Source: Saprospirales bacterium (GTDB lineage Bacteria > Bacteroidota > Bacteroidia > Chitinophagales > Saprospiraceae). Taken from it: a stretch of DNA of 64,000 nucleotides. The notes under the pieces are model-generated. The model searched no databases. It was given only the letters and a program-made list of their open reading frames with translations, and was not told where the DNA came from. Positions 37,747 to 46,485 of this stretch are shown here, piece after piece. A program made the translations under genes and the position numbers. Every line of letters starts with the position of its first letter. The stretch's first letter is position 1. Location of the stretch: assembly GCA_947459365.1 (NCBI GenBank), contig CANHDG010000001.1:28566-92565 (forward strand). The letters run 5' to 3'.

Positions 37747-39018
37747 CTAAGCCTCTTGCCCAACCGAAACGCCCTCAGAATAAACTTTACTTCTTAAATG
37801 CCAAGAAATAATGGTAGAGCCAATCAAATAGAAACCAACCATATACGGTCCAAACCAAAATACATTTGATAAATAAAACCAATCCCCTGTTGTAATTAAA
37901 ATCAGCAAACCTACACTGTTTTTGAAAAGCTCCATTAACCACCCATGCGGATTCAAATCCATTTGTTCAGTATAGGAGTATATCGATATAAAAATAAAAA
38001 TTCCATACACGAAAATGGCGGGAACACCAATCTCTACCAGATTACTGAAAAAATAAAGCGTAATTAAAAACACCCAAATGAGTTGAATATGAGCCCAAGT
38101 CTTTGATCGGATATCCAACTCTGTGCTGTATGCCTCAAAATTATACGGATCTTCAATTTTGGCAACCGGGTAACGATTCGAAACATCTTCCGGACGCCAC
38201 CCCGTTGGCATAAACCAAATTCGCAACTTGTCCGACCAACTTGCCGTCCGCCAAGCATCTTTTACCAACAACAGTAAATGTTGAAAATTGATCTTTATCG
38301 GATTCCAGGTTCTGGCAGGTCGGGTTATGCCGTACACAGGAGGAACAGAGGCCAGCTCCTCCTGAAAAGTGCCAAATAGCTTATCCCAAAAAATAAATAT
38401 CTGACCATGGTTCTTATCCGTATACTCCGGATTGATAGCATGGTGAACCCTGTGGTGCGATGGTGTAACCAATATATATTCCAACCAGCCCATACGATTA
38501 ATATGCTGGGTATGATACCAAAATTGTGCAAACAAATGAATGGGAGCAACTACACCCATCACCGACTCTGGAACCCCTAAAAGCGCTGCAGGAAGTAAAA
38601 AAACAGTAAATAAATTAACAAAAGAAGAAACACTCTGCCGAAGAGCACAAGCCAAATTAAAGGATTCACTACTATGATGGATGGCATGCTTATTCCAAAA
38701 AAAATTCACCTCGTGACTTAAACGGTGAACCCAATAACCGGAGAAATCAAAAGCTACAAAAGCAATGCAATAGGTCAAAACGGATGAATCCACATGAAAA
38801 ATGGACACTCGATCTACCAACCAACCATACGCGATTAATGACACACTTAGCCCCAATACATCTTTCACCACATTTGTTATTCCAGAACTTAAACTGGCAA
38901 TCATATCCATACTCTGATAGGTATCTTTACCCCTTTTCCATCCATACCAACGCTCAAACAAGACCATTACCAAAAATAACGGCATTGCGAAGACCAAAAT
39001 TTTTCCATACTGTTCCAT
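37747..39018 (-). CDS. fatty acid hydroxylase superfamily protein, alkylglycerol monooxygenase (AGMO/TMEM195)-like
   Basis: 423 aa. Histidine boxes HRLSHEVNFFWNKHAIHHSSESFNLACALRQ and SHHRVHH...NHG. A long additional C-terminal TM region resembles AGMO. Confidence 0.78.
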   Translation of the reverse strand: MEQYGKILVFAMPLFLVMVLFERWYGWKRGKDTYQSMDMIASLSSGITNVVKDVLGLSVSLIAYGWLVDRVSIFHVDSSVLTYCIAFVAFDFSGYWVHRLSHEVNFFWNKHAIHHSSESFNLACALRQSVSSFVNLFTVFLLPAALLGVPESVMGVVAPIHLFAQFWYHTQHINRMGWLEYILVTPSHHRVHHAINPEYTDKNHGQIFIFWDKLFGTFQEELASVPPVYGITRPARTWNPIKINFQHLLLLVKDAWRTASWSDKLRIWFMPTGWRPEDVSNRYPVAKIEDPYNFEAYSTELDIRSKTWAHIQLIWVFLITLYFFSNLVEIGVPAIFVYGIFIFISIYSYTEQMDLNPHGWLMELFKNSVGLLILITTGDWFYLSNVFWFGPYMVGFYLIGSTIISWHLRSKVYSEGVSVGQEA

Positions 39019-39230
39019 AACTAAAGCCTAAATGATAAACAGGTAAAAAGCCACTTAATAGATCGTCCGTAAAGATAAAGAGGTATCTATTACTCATATA
39101 AAGAAAACACGCCCAAAACTACCAGAGAACCCTAATCACCCGTTTTTTATAGTGGCCAAACAGTGCTTTGCAAATTTACCTTACTTTTATGTGTCAATTA
39201 TCATGCTGTTTTTTTATTCGTAAAGTCATC

Positions 39231-40319
39231 ATGCGTTTAATCATTTTACTATTCATATACTTGACTATAACTAATCGGATAATTAGTCAAAACCTGGTAC
39301 CTTCCACTTCTTTTGAAGGCTATTTAGAACCCTACCTCATCGTTGATCTTAGTCAACCAACATCAGGCCAACGACCCAACTTCCTTTATTCATACAACAA
39401 ACAGAATGAGGTCAACATTAATTTAGCGTATCTAAAAGTCTCTTATGTGGACTCCAATACCCGAGCAAGCCTAGCCTTTATGGCAGGAACCTATGCCAAT
39501 GCAAATATGATTAATGAACCCGGATTATTAAAAAATATAATGGAGGCAGCAGTAGGAATAAAACTACTGCGAAGCAAGGAGCTCTGGATGGATGTAGGGG
39601 TATTCCCCTCTCACATAGGTTTTGAAAGTGCTGTCGGAAAAGATTGCTGGAACTTGACTAGAAGCATCGCTGCGGACAACTCTCCCTACTTTGAATCCGG
39701 AATTAAAATGACCTATACAAGCCAAAACCAAAAGTGGATTACAAAGATACTTCTTCTAAATGGATGGCAACGGATTAGCCGGCCACCGGGTAGTTATACT
39801 CCTGCCTTAGGCCACCAACTTACCTACCAACCATCCGAAGATCTTGTATTTAACAGCAGCTCCTTTGTCGGAAATGATTACCCAAGTGCCTCTAGGAAAA
39901 TGCGCTACTTTCATAATTTTTATAGCCAATTACGCATAAGAAATAAAATGTACCTAACTTCTGGTATTGACATTGGTGCCGAGCAAACTGCTAAACGTAG
40001 TACTTCCTATCATTTCTGGTATGCACCAGTTGTTATTATTAAATATATACCAAAGAAAAAGTGGGCCATTTCTTTAAGAGGAGAACTATACTCTGATAAA
40101 TCACAGGTGATTGTAAAAACCTTAACACCAAACGGCTTTCATACAACTGGATTATCAACAAATATCGACTGGGAAATTACCGATTTGGCCCTCTGGAGGC
40201 TAGAATTACGTGGCTTCTATAGCCGGGAGCCAATTTTCACCTCAACTAATTATCATATGAACGGCGCAATAAACACATCCATCTCTGTTCGATTCAATAC
40301 TCACACAACACAACACTAG
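39231..40319 (+). CDS. outer-membrane beta-barrel porin (OmpL-like/bbp2-type)
   Basis: The track ORF starts at TTG 39168. ATG 39231 gives MRLIILLFIYLTITNRIISQ as a signal. The body has alternating beta-strand patterns. The start is uncertain. Confidence 0.65.
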   Translation: MRLIILLFIYLTITNRIISQNLVPSTSFEGYLEPYLIVDLSQPTSGQRPNFLYSYNKQNEVNINLAYLKVSYVDSNTRASLAFMAGTYANANMINEPGLLKNIMEAAVGIKLLRSKELWMDVGVFPSHIGFESAVGKDCWNLTRSIAADNSPYFESGIKMTYTSQNQKWITKILLLNGWQRISRPPGSYTPALGHQLTYQPSEDLVFNSSSFVGNDYPSASRKMRYFHNFYSQLRIRNKMYLTSGIDIGAEQTAKRSTSYHFWYAPVVIIKYIPKKKWAISLRGELYSDKSQVIVKTLTPNGFHTTGLSTNIDWEITDLALWRLELRGFYSREPIFTSTNYHMNGAINTSISVRFNTHTTQH

Positions 40320-40368
40320 ATAACAGATCTAATCCTTCTAAATATACTTTTCAATAAACACTATAATT

Positions 40369-41469
40369 ATGCAACTAATACATAAATATGCAAGCTTGTT
40401 AGCCAACTACTGCCTCGAAATACGCCCAGGTGACCGCGTATTTGTAAGTACTACAACACTGGCAGAACCCCTCGTTAGTACGTTTTATCAAGCAGCATTA
40501 CAAGCCGGTGCCGCCTTAGTGGAAATAGATATGGCTTTTCGTGAACGAGAACGCCTTTTTCTTAAACACGCAAGCGAGCAAGCACTAAACACACCAGGAC
40601 TACTCAGCAATATTGCTATGGAAACCTTCGACTGCTACCTAGCAATAAGAGCGCCTTTCAACCTTAAAGAAATGCAAAATGCTCCTGCTGAACGACAAAA
40701 AAAGAGGCAAAAAGCCCTTGAAAAACAAAATCAATACTATTTCGAAAGAACCGCGGACCGCCGCTTACGGCGAAATTTGTGCCAGTGGCCAACAGATGCC
40801 TCCGCTCAAGAAGCGGGTATGTCGCTGAGTGAATACGAGCACTTTGTATTTTCTGCTTGTAAATTATTTGAACCCAACCCCCAAGAAGCCTGGATTCAAG
40901 TCCGTGAAAATCAACAAAGAATCGTTAACTACCTCAATAACGCTAAAATGATTCGATACTTAACCGAACAAGGTACCGATCTTACCTTCTCTTGCGAAGG
41001 GAGAAAATGGATTAATTCTGACGGCCAAACCAACATGCCCTCTGGAGAAGTATATACAAGCCCAGTTGAGGATAGCGTAAATGGTGTAGTTCATTTTTCT
41101 TATCCATGTATCTACCAGGGACATGAAGTCGAAGAGGTTACACTGTGGGTAAAAAACGGCTGGATTGAAAGGTGGGAAGCTAAAAGAGGGCTTTCTTTCC
41201 TAAATCAAATTTTTGAACTGCCAGGAACTCGTCGCTTTGGTGAAGCAGCCATCGGAACTAATTATGGCATCCAAAAAATGACTAAAAATATTTTATTTGA
41301 TGAAAAGATAGGAGGCTCTGTCCACCTAGCAATTGGTCAAAGCTACCTCCAAACGGGTGGAAAAAATCAATCATCAGTTCACTGGGACATGATTACAGAT
41401 ATGACAAAAGGGGGTATAATTTCTGCTGATAACGTCACAATCTACCAAAACGGAGTGTTCTTAATTTAG
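40369..41469 (+). CDS. M29-family aminopeptidase (AmpS/PepS-like)
   Basis: 366 aa. YASLLANYCLEIRPGDRV N-terminus and the EAAIGTN...HWDM metal-site context typical of M29. Confidence 0.85.
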   Translation: MQLIHKYASLLANYCLEIRPGDRVFVSTTTLAEPLVSTFYQAALQAGAALVEIDMAFRERERLFLKHASEQALNTPGLLSNIAMETFDCYLAIRAPFNLKEMQNAPAERQKKRQKALEKQNQYYFERTADRRLRRNLCQWPTDASAQEAGMSLSEYEHFVFSACKLFEPNPQEAWIQVRENQQRIVNYLNNAKMIRYLTEQGTDLTFSCEGRKWINSDGQTNMPSGEVYTSPVEDSVNGVVHFSYPCIYQGHEVEEVTLWVKNGWIERWEAKRGLSFLNQIFELPGTRRFGEAAIGTNYGIQKMTKNILFDEKIGGSVHLAIGQSYLQTGGKNQSSVHWDMITDMTKGGIISADNVTIYQNGVFLI

Positions 41470-41470
41470 A

Positions 41471-42493
41471 ATGAGACATTCATTGACTTTCGTACTAGCC
41501 CTAACGGTAAGTGTCGCCTTTCTATTGATTGGTATCATCACTGGGCGATATAGCTATTCGTCAGATAGCCTGCATTTATCGGAAGGCTTTAATACTATCG
41601 GTGGAGTATTTCCGCCCACCACCAGCTGGTTAAATGAACATTATGTTCATTTTTTCAAAAACCATGCAGTTTGTGCTCTATTACTAACCTCCATTTCAGC
41701 AGGATTAACCTTTTTTTATTTCATACGCTGCATTCAACTTTTGACACCAGGTGCTCATTTGAACAGTAAGTTGTTATATGCTGGATTTATGGTTAGCGCC
41801 CCAATATACTCCTTATCCGTTTACCATGATCGCAGTCTTACTGTAGCCCTAGCTCTATTGATGTTTGCCACTCGGCAAAGTATTGAAGCCGCTGAGAAAC
41901 AGGACGCTAAACGTGTAATTGTAGCAGTTATAATTACTTCAGTAGGTATTTTAATGTTATCCGGTCTTGCTTTACTGTTGCTTCCACTTCTTGTCCTGCC
42001 AATATCAAATTTGAACAGTAAAAGGTTGAATAAATTTATAATGTTTTCTTGCCTATCTACACTCGGTATATTGGGGGCTTTAATGATCTACCGCCAAGGA
42101 TGGTCGATTAATCATTACCTTGAGTCTTACAACACCCTGTTGAACTACCCAATACCTAACCTATTCTTTACTGCGCTAGTCCTCATTAATCCACATTTTT
42201 CGGTGGCTTTGCCTCTCCTTGCACCACTCGCCAAAAAAACGGATCTTTACCTGCCTGAAAAAAAAGCGCTGATTCTAGGCATTATTCTGTACTTGACTTG
42301 GTTAAATGGCCTTCCGCATTTATCCGACTTCTTACTTCTACCCTTATGGGTCACTATTTTATTACTAGCCTTTCCTGCTTGGGACCGCTTTGTTGTTTAT
42401 GGCCTCTATTTCTTTAAAAAAACAACCATAACTGTTCTGGTAGTTCTATTTAGCGTACAAGTACTAGCAACTCTCTTCATTAATCAGTGGTAA
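41471..42493 (+). CDS. polytopic integral membrane protein, unknown function
   Basis: 340 aa with about 9 hydrophobic helices. The start is 1 nt after the aminopeptidase stop. Confidence 0.6.
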   Translation: MRHSLTFVLALTVSVAFLLIGIITGRYSYSSDSLHLSEGFNTIGGVFPPTTSWLNEHYVHFFKNHAVCALLLTSISAGLTFFYFIRCIQLLTPGAHLNSKLLYAGFMVSAPIYSLSVYHDRSLTVALALLMFATRQSIEAAEKQDAKRVIVAVIITSVGILMLSGLALLLLPLLVLPISNLNSKRLNKFIMFSCLSTLGILGALMIYRQGWSINHYLESYNTLLNYPIPNLFFTALVLINPHFSVALPLLAPLAKKTDLYLPEKKALILGIILYLTWLNGLPHLSDFLLLPLWVTILLLAFPAWDRFVVYGLYFFKKTTITVLVVLFSVQVLATLFINQW

Positions 42494-42496
42494 AAA

Positions 42497-43762
42497 CTAT
42501 AAGTCTAGTGGCAGGCTCTTCGTGTTTTTAGCTCCTAATTCCCGAATTCGTTCCGCCTTCCCAATTAACGTATCCCCTGGCCGGCTTGCAGACGACAATT
42601 TATTCATAGCATCATCATACGACTGCCGTGCTTGATCCAATCTCGTACCAATTGAACGTAAATCCTCAACAAAAGCTACGAATTTATCATAAAGCAAACC
42701 ACTTTGTCGCGCTATTTCTTGTACTGATTTACTTTGCTTCTCCTGACGCCATAAGTGCGAAACGGTACGCATGGTTGCTAGTAGGCTGCCAGACGTTACT
42801 AAAACAATATTTCTATCCAACGCATCTGTAAACAACTTGGGGTCTGCATGCGTCGCTGTAGTCAACGCAGCATCCAATGGGATAAACATCAAAAGGTAAT
42901 CCGGTGAGTGTATACCCGATAAAGACTGATAATTTTTATTACTTAAATCCTCTACATGGGCCCTAATACTATCTATATGTGCCTTAAGGTGTTTGTCTTT
43001 TTGACCAGTATCCGGATCGTTGTAATAACGTTCAAATGCAGTTAGGGAGACCTTAGAATCAACGATAAGATGCTTATCATCTGGCAGGTGAATTATAAAA
43101 TCCGGGCGCTTCAGAGATCCCTCATCATCTCGGAAGCTTGACTGAACAATAAAATGTACCCCGCGCTGTAAACCAGCCTTTTCCAATAGTACCTCTAGCT
43201 GGAACTCACCCCAATCTCCTTGAACTTTACTTTGCCCTTTTAATGCGTTGGTCAAGTTATGGGCATCCTGGCTAAGTTGGAGATTCATATCTCTCAATTG
43301 CTCTATTTCCTTTTTAAGAGATGATTTTTCACGGGTCTCTTCTGTGAATTTACGGTCAACATGCTCCTCAAAATCCTTGATTTTTTCACGCAATGGCTGA
43401 AGAATCAACTGAAGTTGCTGGGCATTGAGCCTTGTTATTTGTTCCCCTTTTTGGTCCAAAAGTCGATTTGCCAAGTTCTCAAAAGAAGCCTTTAAACGCA
43501 CCTCTGCCTGTGCGGCTTCCTCTTGATGGGTTTTCAAGTGTATAATCTGCTGATCACGAGTAGCAAGTTGTATTAACAAGTCCCGAATTTTCTGCTCACA
43601 AACCACTAAATCCGACTTCAACTGTGCTTGCTGAAACAATACTTGATCATAGAGCACCTTTGGAACCATCTCTTCTTTTGATACTGGTGCCAATCCTCGA
43701 AAATAATACAATACGAGGACTATACCCACGAATCCCATTGCAACAATTACATATACGTCCAT
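42497..43762 (-). CDS. rmuC: DNA recombination protein RmuC
   Basis: 421 aa. N-terminal TM, a long coiled coil, and a C-terminal RmuC nuclease-like domain (PDFIIHLPDDKHLIVDSKVSL). Confidence 0.92.
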   Translation of the reverse strand: MDVYVIVAMGFVGIVLVLYYFRGLAPVSKEEMVPKVLYDQVLFQQAQLKSDLVVCEQKIRDLLIQLATRDQQIIHLKTHQEEAAQAEVRLKASFENLANRLLDQKGEQITRLNAQQLQLILQPLREKIKDFEEHVDRKFTEETREKSSLKKEIEQLRDMNLQLSQDAHNLTNALKGQSKVQGDWGEFQLEVLLEKAGLQRGVHFIVQSSFRDDEGSLKRPDFIIHLPDDKHLIVDSKVSLTAFERYYNDPDTGQKDKHLKAHIDSIRAHVEDLSNKNYQSLSGIHSPDYLLMFIPLDAALTTATHADPKLFTDALDRNIVLVTSGSLLATMRTVSHLWRQEKQSKSVQEIARQSGLLYDKFVAFVEDLRSIGTRLDQARQSYDDAMNKLSSASRPGDTLIGKAERIRELGAKNTKSLPLDL

Positions 43763-43766
43763 CTAG

Positions 43767-43774
43767 CAAAGTTA
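43767..43774 (-). promoter_or_regulatory. Bacteroidota -7 promoter box immediately before the rmuC start
   Basis: The minus strand reads TAACTTTG, then ctag, then ATG (43762-43760). Confidence 0.5.
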
Positions 43775-43814
43775 CGCATTTGCTACATTTTGTTTTGTTT
43801 TTTTACAAATAAAT

Positions 43815-44699
43815 TTAAATCGATTTGTCTCTTTTTATCTCCAGACACCGCTGAAGACTGGTTCGCCAATGTGGAATAGCAATACCAAAGGCCTCCTTTA
43901 TCTTTCTCTTATTTAATACACTAAAAAATGGTCGGGATGCTGGAGTGGGGTATTGACGGCTTTCAATAGGCTTGACTACACAAGTTCTTCCTCCCAGCTC
44001 CATTATTGCAACTGCAAAATCATACCAACTAGCAACACCTTCATTAGAATAGTGCCAGATACCCGCCATTTGTTGTTTCAACTCAACCTCCCTATTTGCC
44101 CGTTCTAATAGCTCCCAAACAGCTAAAGCAAGGTCCGGTGCGTAGGTGGGAGTACCAATTTGGTCAAAAACTACCCCAACTTCTTTTTTTTCCAACCCAA
44201 GACGCAACATGGTGTTAACAAAATTGTGTCCATGTGCTGCGTAAACCCAAGAGGTCCTGATAACCATCGTACCCAAAGGATTCATTTTCAATGCAGCACG
44301 TTCTCCCGCTAATTTGGTTTTTGCATATACCCCTACAGGACGTGTTTTGTCCGTCTCTTCGTACGGTCTGTTCTGTTGTGTCTGATAGACATAATCCGTT
44401 GAAAAGTGGACAAGTCCCGCATTGTTTTGAGCACATGCTTTAGCAAGATTCTTGACGCCCTTAACATTGACTCGATACGCTGCCGATACCTCCAGCTCTG
44501 CTTTGTCAACCAAAGTATAAGCAGCGCAATTAACACACCAACGAATGGAGTGTCTCCTAAATAACGAATGAACGGCTTTTCCATCAGAGATATCCAACGT
44601 AGAGGAATCACAAAAAAGAATATTTCTTACACCCCTCTCTTCAGCAAGCTGCCTAAAACACTGGCCTAATTGACCATTCGCCCCAGTAATTAAGATCAT
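43815..44699 (-). CDS. rfbD: dTDP-4-dehydrorhamnose reductase
   Basis: 294 aa. MILITGANGQLG Rossmann N-terminus, YAKTKLAGE catalytic YxxxK, RmlD-like length. Confidence 0.92.
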   Translation of the reverse strand: MILITGANGQLGQCFRQLAEERGVRNILFCDSSTLDISDGKAVHSLFRRHSIRWCVNCAAYTLVDKAELEVSAAYRVNVKGVKNLAKACAQNNAGLVHFSTDYVYQTQQNRPYEETDKTRPVGVYAKTKLAGERAALKMNPLGTMVIRTSWVYAAHGHNFVNTMLRLGLEKKEVGVVFDQIGTPTYAPDLALAVWELLERANREVELKQQMAGIWHYSNEGVASWYDFAVAIMELGGRTCVVKPIESRQYPTPASRPFFSVLNKRKIKEAFGIAIPHWRTSLQRCLEIKRDKSI

Positions 44700-44727
44700 G
44701 ATTTTTCTAACTTATTTTATCGGTATG

Positions 44728-45936
44728 CTATACTTTCTCTGGGGCCAACGGTAAACGAATTGAAAAGGTAGCGCCTTTACCTGGCTCAGAACGCTTTACC
44801 GCAATCTTCCCATTATGGTATTGCTCAACGATGCGCTTTGAAAGAGATAAACCAAGACCCCAACCGCGTGTCTTAGTTGAATAGCCCGGCTTGAAAATAG
44901 TCTTGTGCTTTCCAATCGGAATCCCTTTTCCTGAATCCGTTATTTCGATAATTGCGTACTTACCGTCTTGCATCACATCTGCTCTGATTTCACCGACACC
45001 GCTCTCCATTGCATCAATTGAATTTCGAATTAGGTTCTCGATTACCCAGTCAAATAAGTGCGCGTTGGTCAATACATGAATAGCAGGTTCTTGAGCTGGA
45101 TTGGGAAAATGATAGGTCACTTTTCTAGGGGAACGACGCTGCATGTACTCTCGATTTCGCTCCAAGGCTAAATAAAGATTCTCAGGCGTCAGCTCGGGTT
45201 GTGAACCAATCTTGGAAAATCGATCCGATACTAATTCAAGCCTTATCACATCCTTATTTAACTCATCCAGCATTTCAAGCGTAGTTGCATCCGTTTCATT
45301 AGTTGCTCTAATCGCCTCTATCCAACCCATAATTGCTGTAATAGGGGTTCCAAGCTGGTGAGCTGTCTCCTTTGCCATCCCTAACCAAACCCTATTTTCT
45401 TGTGCTTTTCGAGAAGCACTAAATCCAATATACCCAACAGAAATGAACGCGCCTATTAAAAGGAGCTGAATGTATGGGTACCACCTTAACCAGGTCAGCA
45501 AATTAGACCTAGAGTAAACTAAATAATTTCTGAAAAACGGTGGAACAGAAACCTCAATAGTATCACTCCACACCGCAGCCATCCGCCCAAGTTCTTTTCT
45601 TATTAAACTAGTATCCAAGACACTAGATGGATCTCCAATGTTGCGGTATTCTATAATGTTCCAGCCCTCATCCAATAGTACAGCTGGAACCGTAGTGTTC
45701 TGTGTAATAACTAATCGATGTAACTCCACGTCACACTCACAACCTTGCTGCCCTTCATCCATACTGGTCTTTGCAAGATTACGCAATGCCTCAGCAAATT
45801 GCTGCGCTTGTTGATCTTCTCTTGCCGAAAGCCTATCTGCTAGACTTTTGGTGTACCAAAGAGTAATACTGACTATAAAGACCGCAGCAGCAGCCAAGTA
45901 CCACTTCCAATATGTTTTTTTTTGGTAGATATTCAT
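44728..45936 (-). CDS. membrane sensor histidine kinase (no adjacent response regulator)
   Basis: 402 aa with two TM helices. H-box AHQLGTPITAI, N box NLIRNSIDA, G boxes DSGKGIP and GWGLGLS. Confidence 0.88.
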   Translation of the reverse strand: MNIYQKKTYWKWYLAAAAVFIVSITLWYTKSLADRLSAREDQQAQQFAEALRNLAKTSMDEGQQGCECDVELHRLVITQNTTVPAVLLDEGWNIIEYRNIGDPSSVLDTSLIRKELGRMAAVWSDTIEVSVPPFFRNYLVYSRSNLLTWLRWYPYIQLLLIGAFISVGYIGFSASRKAQENRVWLGMAKETAHQLGTPITAIMGWIEAIRATNETDATTLEMLDELNKDVIRLELVSDRFSKIGSQPELTPENLYLALERNREYMQRRSPRKVTYHFPNPAQEPAIHVLTNAHLFDWVIENLIRNSIDAMESGVGEIRADVMQDGKYAIIEITDSGKGIPIGKHKTIFKPGYSTKTRGWGLGLSLSKRIVEQYHNGKIAVKRSEPGKGATFSIRLPLAPEKV

Positions 45937-46039
45937 GTAAGCCGAGACAAAGAAACGCTAAACCAACGAAATTATGCAGGCACAAAAGGAAAATTCCTTA
46001 AATATCAGCGTTTCCTTAGGTAAAAGTGCGTGCTTCACT

Positions 46040-46047
46040 TAATTTTG
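46040..46047 (+). promoter_or_regulatory. Bacteroidota -7 promoter box (TAnnTTTG)
   Basis: TAATTTTG lies 15 nt upstream of ATG 46063. Confidence 0.45.
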
Positions 46048-46062
46048 TGAAACAATCAAAAC

Positions 46063-46458
46063 ATGAGTACCATGATTCGCCGCTTTTTTTTTCTGTTGTT
46101 TTTAGTTAACACCACCGCTTGCTCTCTTGATGAACAAGAAATTTGTGGTAACTGGCAAGCCTTGGCCTTCTCTGAAAATGGAAAATCAATTGAGATTCCT
46201 CTTGACTCCGTGCAACTTAGGCTCTGGTCTTCAAATAAATACCACTTTAAATCCATCGGTCTATACTCTGAAGCCGGACACTGGGAGCCCACGGTAAACT
46301 ACCTGTCCTTAACGGATACAACCAACACAAAAGCAACACAAAAATTAATAAAGATTATTTATCAGTCGTCCGATTCCTTGAAGGTAAAAATGGAGTACCA
46401 GGGAAAAGAACAAGTTCTCTTTTTTGGAAAAAACAAACAAGATCCTACTGTATACTAG
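46063..46458 (+). CDS. small lipoprotein, unknown function
   Basis: 131 aa. Lipobox FLVNTTAC. No family recognised. Confidence 0.6.
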   Translation: MSTMIRRFFFLLFLVNTTACSLDEQEICGNWQALAFSENGKSIEIPLDSVQLRLWSSNKYHFKSIGLYSEAGHWEPTVNYLSLTDTTNTKATQKLIKIIYQSSDSLKVKMEYQGKEQVLFFGKNKQDPTVY

Positions 46459-46485
46459 GATGCAAACAGGGGGTAAATGTCGTCA

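Noticed and set aside
45915-45923. Homopolymer tracts as phase-variation switches. These are T9 at 45915-45923, the T-runs near 46085 and 44185, and the G7/C6 runs in the IS ends.
   Set aside because: They encode ordinary Lys or Phe runs within coding sequences, or they lie inside the IS termini. They are single and short, with no evidence of variable length from one sequence.
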